28,788 nucleotides of DNA from an uncultured Phycisphaerae bacterium (GCA_913031315.1 CAJWFU010000001.1:1-28788); one strand, 5' to 3'; shown: positions 16,278 to 24,500, counted from the first letter of the stretch. Made by a program: numbers and translations. The notes: generated by a model not told the origin, from the letters alone.

Positions 16278-18395
16278 TGCCGTGGGCGGGTCGGATTCGG
16301 CGTGGTCGGAAAGCAGTCGGGCCCGGAGGAGGATGACCGCGTCCAGAAGTGGTCGGTCCTCCGTGGTCTCAAGGGTTGGAACATCATCGAGGATGAAGAG
16401 ATCCTCCCCCACGTTCGACCGCCAGTCGCCACGTTCTTCGAGGAAGCTCATGGTCTCGGTTTCGGTCGCCGGAGATGGAACGTCGGGGAGAATGCCCCAC
16501 TCGTCTTCGTTGGCGAGACGATCGATCAGCCTCAGCCCGCCGGTGCGATCGGGGATGAGAAACCAGGACTGGGTCACCACGAGGTATCCGTCCGGCTGGA
16601 TGGTGATGATCTGCACGCTCCCCTTTCCGTGACTCCTCTCCCCGATGACCACGGCGTCGTTCGTGGCCTGCAGGGTTCCCGAGAGTAACTCCGCGGCGCT
16701 GGCGGAATCCTCGTCGATCAGGAACACGATCGGCAACCCGGCTAGGCGGGTGTTCGAGCGACGGGCCTTCGTGTTTCCGATGGCGTTCCCGTGTCCATCC
16801 TCCGCGTTGAACAGAGACCCGTTCGAGATGAAGAGGTCGAGCAGGCGTTCGGTCGCTCCGAGGCGGCCGCCACGGTTCGTGCGGAGGTCGATGACCAATC
16901 CTTCGACCTGCCGTTCGGGACCACCGCTCGCCTTCAACTCACGCCCGGCATCACGCATGGCAACGCGAAAGTTTCGGTCGGTGTCGGAGGTGAATTCTCG
17001 AATGGCGATGTAGGCGATCCCGCATTCGGGGTCGAGTATCCAATCCCAGATGGGTCGGGTCTCATGATCGACACCGATCTGACGCCAGCCATGCAGGGTT
17101 TCCCGTTCGACGGAGTTCCGAATGACGTCGACGGTGTCGATCCGACCGATGTCCGGTTCTCGATTGTGCCGGACCTGAAGTCGAACCACGGAACCGGGAT
17201 CACCGAGGATCACCTCCATCGCACCCCGAACTCCGAGATCGTCGATCGATGTTCCATCGACCGCGAGCAGGACGTCACCGGTCTTGATTCCAGCCCGACG
17301 AGCCGGCCCCCCCGACACGGGTAGCAGCTCGATTCCATCCGGTGTCGCCCGAAGCATGACACCGATGCCGATGTACGAGTCATCCAGCATCCGCTTGAAC
17401 ATTTCCGCGTCTGCGCCATAGAAGACGTTGGTACGAACATCGGTCGCTGCAAGCATGCCATCCAGAAAGACCCGGATGGCGTCGACATCGGTTTCGAAAT
17501 CACCGGCGTTCGATGCGGCCTGCAGTCGGCGTCCGAGATTTTCCATCGCCTGCTTGAGTGTCCTGGTCGAAGGGTCGCTGGAAGCATTCTTCGCGTCCAC
17601 CTCCGCTTCGAACCGACGCTGAATGTCGATCAGCAGGTCAGAAGGTTCATCGGAACCGAACTGTTCCTCAAGCGATGCGAAACCACCCGCGGTGAGGACA
17701 CGCCAGTCGGGGTGATCAACGTGTCTTTGCATCAGGGTTCGAAGGGTGTAGGCCAGAACGCGTGGTTGCAGTGGGCTGACCTCCCCACCCGCGACCACTT
17801 TCCGATCAGCTCGTCTGCGGGCGTGATCGATCGCTTCCAGTTCGACCCTGGGATGACGGCCATCGGCGGCGGCATGCGCCACCCAGGTGAATCGCGTCCA
17901 CGCTGTTTCAAGATCGCCATCGAGCAATGCTGACTGGGCGTCGGCATTCCATTCGACGATCGCGTCGTCGACGATCGTCTCGGCGATATCGGCGACTTCG
18001 TTCGGAAGCCCCGCTTGAAGGAGATCGGCGAGCTCGGCGATCAGGATGGCGCGTTGATCACACGTGGCTTTTTCGTCGAGCTGCTCAAGGATCGACTGTG
18101 CCGCTCCGACCCGCGCCAGTTCCGCTTCGGTTCGGGAGATTCGAGCTCGTGCCACCAACCGCGCGAGCCAGGGATCGTGAAGCTCGGTTTGAAGACTGGG
18201 CAGTTGATCGATCGAATCAGCACCGGCAGTGGCTTCGGACCAGACTTGAGCACCCCATGACGTGGACCGACCTTCTAAGGATTCGGTTGGTGGGCGGTAC
18301 CGAGGTATGTCGGGGCCGGATGTTCGACAGGCGGAAAGAGCGCCACCGATCAAGAGCATCAGGATGAGACCGAACTGCCTGGCCGACTGTTTCAT
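16239..18395 (-). CDS. S41-family C-terminal processing peptidase with PDZ domain, predicted lipoprotein
   Basis: Lipobox LSAC; PDZ YIGIGV..GGPARRAGIKTGDVLLAVDG; IDLRTNRGG; catalytic SASAAE and GKGSVQ. Overlaps the convergent gene by 39 nt. Confidence 0.92.
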   Translation of the reverse strand: MKQSARQFGLILMLLIGGALSACRTSGPDIPRYRPPTESLEGRSTSWGAQVWSEATAGADSIDQLPSLQTELHDPWLARLVARARISRTEAELARVGAAQSILEQLDEKATCDQRAILIAELADLLQAGLPNEVADIAETIVDDAIVEWNADAQSALLDGDLETAWTRFTWVAHAAADGRHPRVELEAIDHARRRADRKVVAGGEVSPLQPRVLAYTLRTLMQRHVDHPDWRVLTAGGFASLEEQFGSDEPSDLLIDIQRRFEAEVDAKNASSDPSTRTLKQAMENLGRRLQAASNAGDFETDVDAIRVFLDGMLAATDVRTNVFYGADAEMFKRMLDDSYIGIGVMLRATPDGIELLPVSGGPARRAGIKTGDVLLAVDGTSIDDLGVRGAMEVILGDPGSVVRLQVRHNREPDIGRIDTVDVIRNSVERETLHGWRQIGVDHETRPIWDWILDPECGIAYIAIREFTSDTDRNFRVAMRDAGRELKASGGPERQVEGLVIDLRTNRGGRLGATERLLDLFISNGSLFNAEDGHGNAIGNTKARRSNTRLAGLPIVFLIDEDSASAAELLSGTLQATNDAVVIGERSHGKGSVQIITIQPDGYLVVTQSWFLIPDRTGGLRLIDRLANEDEWGILPDVPSPATETETMSFLEERGDWRSNVGEDLFILDDVPTLETTEDRPLLDAVILLRARLLSDHAESDPPTASMTVGHGLGERR

Positions 18396-18436
18396 GAGAT
18401 TGATCCCTGATCACCTTGCATGGTCCCAAATGATAT

Positions 18437-18471
18437 TCGCCGCCGGCACCATGAATGGAGGCCGGCGGCGA
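18437..18471 (-). terminator. GC-rich hairpin after the PEP-CTERM gene (possible terminator or processing site)
   Basis: 11-bp stem TCGCCGCCGGC/GCCGGCGGCGA; only a weak U-tract follows. Confidence 0.4.
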
Positions 18472-18501
18472 GCATGGTCTGAGATGCTGAACCTTCAGCG
18501 A

Positions 18502-19041
18502 TCAGTCTCGTCGTCGACGACCAAGTCCGAACGCGAAGACGGCGATGGTTGCTGGCGCTGGGATCGAAGCCGGTGCGAGGCCGGTGCCGAAGACCCAGCC
18601 ATCACGACTCCCGTCAACCAGGACCCGGTCGCTGAAACCAACCATGGAACTGGCCCAATCATCCGTTCCGTCGGAGATCCAATATCCCCACGTGTCGAGG
18701 TAGTCGGGGGGTGAACCTTCGCCGTAGTCGTACGCATCATTGATACCGACTCCAACCAGGAAGTCACCGAAGGAGTAGGCGATGTAGTCGAAGGTGAACT
18801 CCAGCCCGTCAACGGTATCTGCCTCCGTGGCGATCACATCAAACAGATCTCGTCCGGTGATGGACGAATCGAATGAAACCTCGAAGAGATACGACTCCCC
18901 CGTGAGGAAGTCGAACTGAACCTCAGCGGTGGAATCGCCGCTTCCGAGATCCCAGGACCCCACGAAATCTGCGGAGGCAAGGCCACTCACGGCGGCGGTA
19001 GCCAACATAGCGGCCACACGGTGAACTGTATTACTGCGCAA
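18502..19041 (-). CDS. PEP-CTERM-type surface protein with DUF4430/transcobalamin-C-terminal-like domain; putative cobalamin-binding protein
   Basis: TTG start at 19041 with GAAAGGG 8 nt upstream gives the signal peptide MRSNTVHRVAAMLATAAVSGLASA. Core FGDFLVGVGI..WGYWISDG..WASSMVGFSDRVLVDGSRDGWVF. Sorting tail IPAPATIAVFAFGLGRRRRD. Confidence 0.8.
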   Translation of the reverse strand: MRSNTVHRVAAMLATAAVSGLASADFVGSWDLGSGDSTAEVQFDFLTGESYLFEVSFDSSITGRDLFDVIATEADTVDGLEFTFDYIAYSFGDFLVGVGINDAYDYGEGSPPDYLDTWGYWISDGTDDWASSMVGFSDRVLVDGSRDGWVFGTGLAPASIPAPATIAVFAFGLGRRRRD

Positions 19042-19142
19042 TTGTCGCGCCCTTTCTGCCGGATTCGCGCCGGCGGGTTGGAGCTGAATTTTGCTGGATT
19101 GACCCGAAATTCGGGGCAGCCAGAAATTCAACCCAGAATGCC

Positions 19143-19319
19143 GAGACCGACGACCCGACTCGTACCGCCGGACGTAAAGGATGAAGTTCGGGAACTTCTC
19201 TCCTCATGCCCTTCTTGGTACACACGGTGCCGCGTGCGTGGCGGATTCTCACCGCCTTCCTCAGTCTCAGCAAGACAGAAGAAGTCCGGATAATACACCG
19301 TTTGGATTCTCCCGGCCTC
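19143..19319 (-). promoter_or_regulatory. Cobalamin (B12) riboswitch
   Basis: Minus strand reads TGAGGAAGGCGGTGAGAATCCGCCACGCACGCGGCACCGT (GGAA junction, T-loop hairpin GGCGG-TGAGAAT-CCGCC, C-[AC]-CTGT-like element). GTACC..GGTAC is followed by a GAGTCGGG B12-box-like segment, and the closing helix GAGGCCGG pairs with TCGGTCTC. Confidence 0.8.
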
Positions 19320-19388
19320 CGGTTCTCGGGACCAACCTTCTTTAATGAGGACAATGTTCAAACCACACCCTTTGGCGGCGGGTTGAAT

Positions 19389-19417
19389 TGTAAACTATTG
19401 TTTCACAGTAGTTTACA
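19389..19417. promoter_or_regulatory. AT-rich inverted repeat, candidate operator
   Basis: TGTAAACTA-N11-TAGTTTACA, perfect 9-bp arms, in the divergent intergenic region. Confidence 0.45.
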
Positions 19418-19522
19418 TGAATTCGGGGTGTAAGCCTGTGTTTCCGGGGATCCACCGCCCTGGTCTCACGCCGCTGAGTCGCAACTGCTTTGACTCGTGG
19501 CAAGCATGGGATACACCGTCCG

Positions 19523-19560
19523 GGGCTCGGATCTCACGATCCGAGCCCTTATTCTTATGT
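19523..19560 (+). terminator. Strong intrinsic terminator with no annotated upstream + strand gene
   Basis: Perfect 11-bp stem GGGCTCGGATC/GATCCGAGCCC with a 4-nt loop, followed by TTATTCTTATGT. Confidence 0.7.
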
Positions 19561-19630
19561 TCGTTGTTTGATGGATAAATTTTTGGAAGTTGAAATTGAC
19601 CTCCAGCGGAATCCGCCGCTTGTTTTCGAC

Positions 19631-19646
19631 TGTTCCCCGTGGAACA
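19631..19646. promoter_or_regulatory. parS: parS site 1
   Basis: TGTTCCCCGTGGAACA, one mismatch to the palindromic parS TGTTCCACGTGGAACA; lies 163 nt upstream of parB. Confidence 0.85.
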
Positions 19647-19695
19647 TCTGGGACGAGCCCCCCCTCCAACCTCCGCACATTGATAGGCACCGTTT

Positions 19696-19711
19696 GGTTC
19701 CCCGTGGAACA
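19696..19711. promoter_or_regulatory. parS: parS site 2
   Basis: GGTTCCCCGTGGAACA; the same variant core as site 1. Confidence 0.8.
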
Positions 19712-19809
19712 TTCGTCGCCTGGAGTGGTCATGTGTTCAACCGTGATAGTCTCCCCGAACGACGACCGTCGGTCGTGATCAGTCCAGATACCCTCAAAGG
19801 ATCACTGGT

Positions 19810-20805
19810 ATGCCCGCACCGAAAAAGACCGCGGGGCGTCGGCTTGGCCGAGGCCTGGGAAGCCTGATAGGAACGCCAGTAAAAATTGAACAGCCTTCGG
19901 TTCAGGATCCAGAGTCTTCAGGACCAAGCCTGACGGCAACTCCGCTCGCCAGCCCCCCCACCATGGCGGCGGAAGCGGCCACCGATTCGGGTTCTGGAAT
20001 TCGGATGTTGAAGCTGGATTCAATCCGCCCGAATCCGAAGCAGCCTCGGCAAAGATTTTCAGAGGAAGCCATTTCTTCGCTGGCCGAGTCGATTCGGTCT
20101 GCGGGACTGATGCAGCCAATCGTTGTTCGTCCTGACGCCCGCGGATTTGAGATCGTGGCCGGAGAACGACGCTGGCGTGCTTTCGGCTTGATTGGAAAGT
20201 CAGAGATTCCGGCCATCGTCAAAGCCGTTGATGATCAGACCGCGGCCGAATGGGCATTGATTGAAAACCTGCAACGCGAGGATCTCGATGCATTGGAGCG
20301 GGCCGATGGGATTGCCAGGCTGATGGAAGAGTTTGGGCTTTCTCAGACTGCGGTGGCGACCCAAATCGGTTTGGACCGGACCACCGTGACAAATCTGTTG
20401 CGACTTCGGGATGCTGATCCCGCCCTGCGAGATGCCCTCGTGAAATCGCTTGTCACCCAGGGGCACGCGAAAGCGTTGCTTGGGGTCACTGATGTAGCCA
20501 GACGAGGAAAGCTACTGGATCAATGCATCGCGGAGGGCTGGAGCGTTCGCGAGACGGAGCGAAGGGTTCAAAAAGCCCATTTAGAGCCCCAAAAGGGCAG
20601 TTCAGAAGATGAGCGGAGTGCCGCTGCCGGTAGAACTGCTCATGTAGTCGACCTGGAAAAGCGGCTTGCTCAACATCTTGGAACCAAGGTTGCCATTTCT
20701 CTTGGTCGTAAGAAGGGGCGAGGTCGTCTGTCGTTGGAATTCTTTTCGATCGAGCAATTTGATGGATTGCTCCAGAAGATCGGGTTTGACCCCAACGCCG
20801 AGTAG
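19810..20805 (+). CDS. parB: Chromosome partitioning protein ParB/Spo0J
   Basis: N-terminal RRLGRGLGSLI (ParA-activating peptide), IRPNPKQPR, GLMQPIVVR, EIVAGERRWRA (CTPase box), ENLQREDL, HTH, and C-terminal dimerisation domain. Confidence 0.96.
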   Translation: MPAPKKTAGRRLGRGLGSLIGTPVKIEQPSVQDPESSGPSLTATPLASPPTMAAEAATDSGSGIRMLKLDSIRPNPKQPRQRFSEEAISSLAESIRSAGLMQPIVVRPDARGFEIVAGERRWRAFGLIGKSEIPAIVKAVDDQTAAEWALIENLQREDLDALERADGIARLMEEFGLSQTAVATQIGLDRTTVTNLLRLRDADPALRDALVKSLVTQGHAKALLGVTDVARRGKLLDQCIAEGWSVRETERRVQKAHLEPQKGSSEDERSAAAGRTAHVVDLEKRLAQHLGTKVAISLGRKKGRGRLSLEFFSIEQFDGLLQKIGFDPNAE

Positions 20806-21008
20806 AGTCCGATAATATATTGGTAGTTTTGTACGAAGGCTGATTGAATGGTTCCAATCGGGTCGAGAGGTGCCGCGCGAACTTGTTGAACTTCCCAGGG
20901 TTCATTGAATTCGCACTGCTCGCCCTCCGATGCCTCTTGGTTCCCGTCCTTGGCCGTCGATGGTCAAGAGTTCATGGGATCCGACTCAGGCACCAAAGGG
21001 GACTTCCC

Positions 21009-21206
21009 ATGGCCGATTTCGAGTACGAGACGCCCGCCGACACCTTTCCGACCTTTGCGGAAACCCAAGCCAAGAAGATGTTTGATCGAGTCCTTGTCTG
21101 TTGGGCATCCGATTTGCTGGAGTTACGTCGACAGGGCCTGATCACTCCCGGTTGGCGAGAGATGATCGACGGCGGTGAAGGTCCGGAGTGGCGTCGGGCG
21201 GCATGA
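21009..21206 (+). CDS. Small hypothetical protein (65 aa)
   Basis: AAAGGGGA Shine-Dalgarno before ATG 21009; MADFEYETPADTF...EWRRAA. The longer track ORF starting at 20844 is probably over-extended. Confidence 0.55.
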   Translation: MADFEYETPADTFPTFAETQAKKMFDRVLVCWASDLLELRRQGLITPGWREMIDGGEGPEWRRAA

Positions 21207-21254
21207 GTCGTCGATGACCAGAATCCGGCGATGAACGCCGCTCGAGGATTCGGC

Positions 21255-24200
21255 ATGAGCATCACCAGTGGCATCGGACTAGTCAGCGGGATCGATACGG
21301 TCTCCCTCATCGATCAACTTCTCTCGCTCGACGCGCAAGCGAAGATTCCAATCTTCCAGCGCATCGCGAGTCTGAACGCATCCAAGACGGCATTGCTCGA
21401 CGTCAACGCCCGCGTCCTCTCGCTGGGCAACGCAGCGAGATCCTTTCGTTCGGACGATGTCTTTCGATCGGTTCTCGCCTCATCGACCAACGAGGGTGTG
21501 GCCACGGCCACGGCGACGGCCAAGGCGATTCCTGGCCAGTACTCGTTCCGCGTGAAGCAGATGGTGTCGACGAGTCAGAAGATGTCTCAGGCTTTCACCA
21601 GTCGAACCGAAGTTCCGTTGGGTCTCGATCAGATCTCGTTTGAATGGGGCAATGGAAGGGTCACCGGCGAAGTGCCGCTCGACAGTTTGAATGGCGGCCG
21701 GGGCGTTGATCGTGGTTCGATTCGGATTCAGGATCAGGCGGGCAAAGAGGCCGTGATCGACTTGTCGGAGGCCACGAGTCTTCAAGAAGTGATCGACAAG
21801 ATCAACTCGGACCCCGAGGTTCAGGTGGTGGCGAGTTTCGATACCGACCGCATCAAGATCGTCGACGAATCGGGCGGAACCGGAGCGCTTTCGATCTTCA
21901 ATGAAGGAGGAGACCAGACCGCCACCGATCTTGGAATTGAAGAAACGGTGGCTGGGGGCCTTATCTACGGAACGGAGATCAATCAGCTGAGTAGTGGGTC
22001 GCTCCTGTCATCAATGAATGATGGGAACGGCATCTTCATGCGCGACGCCGGACTCACCGACTTCGAGTTGAGCGTCAACGGCGTCGACTACAAGATCGAC
22101 CTCGGCCGCCAGGACAGTCCGATCACGTTGGACTCCATGCTCGAGGATCTGAACGACGGAGACGGCATCGAGATCAATGATGATCCGGATCGTTCGGATT
22201 TCACCATCGTGACGTCGACTGGAGAAGAGATCGACATCGATCTCGGCGTCATTCTCGATGAGGATGAAGAAGTCGATGAGGAAGCGGTGACGACCGTCGG
22301 CGAGTTGCTTGGACGGGTGAATTCGAAGCTGGTCGAGGAGTTGGGCGCCGATCAGGTGACCTTCGCGATCAACGCGGACGGAACGGGTTTCCAATTGGTC
22401 GACGCGATGGGTGGGGGGGGTGAACCGGAGATCGTCGGTGCCGGACCCAACGGAGATGAAACCGCCCTGGATCTTGGAATGCTCCGGACCGGTTCCGGAG
22501 GTCTCATTTCCGGATCGACGATCCCGAACAAGGTGGAGATCGCACGTGCTTCGACCATTCAGGATCTGATCGATCGCGTGGATGAACAGACAGACGGAGT
22601 GGTGACGGTCTCGATCGCTGCGGATGGCGAAGGTCTGGATTTCAGTGCCGGCGGCGATCTGGTCTCGATTTCGGGTGGTGACATCGATGGTTCTTCATTC
22701 GCGGACGACGTATCGACTCAGACGCTTCGAGACCTCGGATTTTCAGAAACACCGGACGGTGAAGCAGCAGCCACGCTGGTGGGTGACCGAGTCTCAAGCG
22801 GGCTGGGAACGGTGCTGCTTCGTTCACTCCAAGGTGGCGATGGGCTTGCAGGATCCGAGATCACGGTGACCGACCGCCAGGGTGATTCGTTGACGGTGGG
22901 GAACCTCGACCAGTTCGAGACCCTGGAAGAAGTCATGGTGGTGATCGGCTCGGCCCTCAACGCCTCCGCGGTCGACGTCACGATCACGGTGAATGAAGAG
23001 GGCAACGGTCTTCTGGTGGCGGACGCGAGTGGGGGTACCGGTGATCTTTCGATCAGTGGAGACGCGGCGGCTTCCCTCGGGCTGGACATATCACCCACGG
23101 CCAGCAGCCAGGTTCGAGGCGAAAGCCTCCAGCGACAGTACGTCTCGCTCGCCACGCCGTTGTCGGATTTGAACTACGGCCGCGGGATTGGAACTGGAAA
23201 GTTTCGAATCACCAACAGTGACGGAGAGTCGGCGGCGATCGACATCGGTTCCGATTCCCGAACCGTGTACGACGTCATTCGAGAGATAAACGCGATCGCG
23301 GATGGCGTGGAGGCGCGGCTCAACGACAATGGCGACGGCATCATGTTGGTGGACACCGCATCAGGTCAGTCTGCGATCAAGGTTGAAGTCGTATCGGGTA
23401 CGACCGCACGGGATCTCGGCATCCTCGGCGAGGCCTCGGCTCCGGGAGAGAGCATCGACGGCTCCTATGAGAAGATCGTCGACCTCGATCTGACCGACAC
23501 CCTCGATGATGTCGCAGGCAAGATCAACGATGCAGGATTGCAGGTGTCTGCATCGATCCTGGATACCGGCACCAGCGATGCGCCGTTTCGGCTGGTTTTG
23601 AGTTCCGGCGTGTCCGGGCTCTCCGGCGATCTCGTGGTCGATACTGGAACCATCGACCTTGGACTTGGAACGCTCACCGCGGCCAGAAACGCGAAGGTGT
23701 TCGTGGGCGAGGGTGAAAACGCGATTCTGGTCGAGAGTGATTCCAATTCGATCGAGAACGTCGTCGCTGGTGTGACCATCGATCTCAAGTCGACATCCGA
23801 CGCACCGGTCACGATCAACATCAGTCGTGACGAGGCGGGGATCATCGAAGCGGTGCAGCGATTCGTCGATACCTTCAACGACGTCATCGACCGGGTCAAC
23901 ACCTACGACTCCTACGATTCAGAGACCGAGACCCGTGGCCCACTGCTGGGAGATTCGACGGTCTCTCGAGTCCGCAATGAGATGTATCGCTCGCTGCAGC
24001 AGTCCGCGGTCGGGGTTGATTCCGGATTCCGGTATCTCTCGGAAGTCGGGGTCCGGGTCGGCAAGGACGGCAAGATCGAGTTCAACAAGGAGAAGTTCGA
24101 CAAGGCCTACGAGGCTGATCCTTCTTCCGTGGAGAACCTCTTCACCGCGCTCGAGCAGCAGGGTTCAAGCACGACCGAAATCGCAGACGGCGTGACGATC

Positions 24201-24500
24201 GACAAGATCAGCACTTCGTACACCGAGCTCGGTTTCGGTGAGATCTTCAAGCAACTGACTGACCGAATGACCAATTCGGTCGATGGTTTTCTGACCTCGG
24301 CGGATGATCAGTATCAGACGTTGCTGGATGCTCAGGATGATCGCATCGGACGAATCGACGAGCGGATCGATGCGAAGCGAACTCGGCTTCAGCGGCAGTT
24401 CGTGGCCATGGAGGAGTCTTTGGCTCGCCTGCAAAGTCAGCAGAGTTCACTGGGTTCGATCAATCAGAACATAGCCATTGCCGGATCACTGGTCGGTTGA
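21255..24500 (+). CDS. fliD: Flagellar filament cap protein FliD, giant form (1081 aa) with internal repeats
   Basis: N-terminal MSITSGIGLVSGIDTVSLIDQLL after a GAGGA SD; C-terminal SNSIENVVAGVTIDL, FVDTFN, GPLLGDSTV and RLQRQFVAMEESLARLQSQ; adjacent to fliS. Confidence 0.93.
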   Translation: MSITSGIGLVSGIDTVSLIDQLLSLDAQAKIPIFQRIASLNASKTALLDVNARVLSLGNAARSFRSDDVFRSVLASSTNEGVATATATAKAIPGQYSFRVKQMVSTSQKMSQAFTSRTEVPLGLDQISFEWGNGRVTGEVPLDSLNGGRGVDRGSIRIQDQAGKEAVIDLSEATSLQEVIDKINSDPEVQVVASFDTDRIKIVDESGGTGALSIFNEGGDQTATDLGIEETVAGGLIYGTEINQLSSGSLLSSMNDGNGIFMRDAGLTDFELSVNGVDYKIDLGRQDSPITLDSMLEDLNDGDGIEINDDPDRSDFTIVTSTGEEIDIDLGVILDEDEEVDEEAVTTVGELLGRVNSKLVEELGADQVTFAINADGTGFQLVDAMGGGGEPEIVGAGPNGDETALDLGMLRTGSGGLISGSTIPNKVEIARASTIQDLIDRVDEQTDGVVTVSIAADGEGLDFSAGGDLVSISGGDIDGSSFADDVSTQTLRDLGFSETPDGEAAATLVGDRVSSGLGTVLLRSLQGGDGLAGSEITVTDRQGDSLTVGNLDQFETLEEVMVVIGSALNASAVDVTITVNEEGNGLLVADASGGTGDLSISGDAAASLGLDISPTASSQVRGESLQRQYVSLATPLSDLNYGRGIGTGKFRITNSDGESAAIDIGSDSRTVYDVIREINAIADGVEARLNDNGDGIMLVDTASGQSAIKVEVVSGTTARDLGILGEASAPGESIDGSYEKIVDLDLTDTLDDVAGKINDAGLQVSASILDTGTSDAPFRLVLSSGVSGLSGDLVVDTGTIDLGLGTLTAARNAKVFVGEGENAILVESDSNSIENVVAGVTIDLKSTSDAPVTINISRDEAGIIEAVQRFVDTFNDVIDRVNTYDSYDSETETRGPLLGDSTVSRVRNEMYRSLQQSAVGVDSGFRYLSEVGVRVGKDGKIEFNKEKFDKAYEADPSSVENLFTALEQQGSSTTEIADGVTIDKISTSYTELGFGEIFKQLTDRMTNSVDGFLTSADDQYQTLLDAQDDRIGRIDERIDAKRTRLQRQFVAMEESLARLQSQQSSLGSINQNIAIAGSLVG

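Noticed and set aside
19042-19131. Track start at 19131 for the PEP-CTERM gene
   Set aside because: It would put 30 non-signal residues before the signal peptide and run through the riboswitch expression platform. TTG 19041 has a proper SD.
19330-19640. oriC itself (AT-rich stretch next to parS)
   Set aside because: Only 1-2 mismatch DnaA-box-like words (TGTTTCACA, GATGGATAA), with no cluster and no dnaA/dnaN nearby. This supports origin proximity at most.
19413-19712. 99-aa minus-strand ORF starting MFHGEP and the overlapping ORF 19466..19732
   Set aside because: MFHxE and CSTGN peptides are simply translations of the parS sites; there is no SD and no protein-like composition.
20806-21008. 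c-di-GMP or other riboswitch upstream of the flagellar genes
   Set aside because: Only an imperfect hairpin (about 20876-20913); none of the conserved GEMM motifs is visible.
21009-21206. flaG or fliT
   Set aside because: The position fits, but the length and sequence pattern do not resemble either family.
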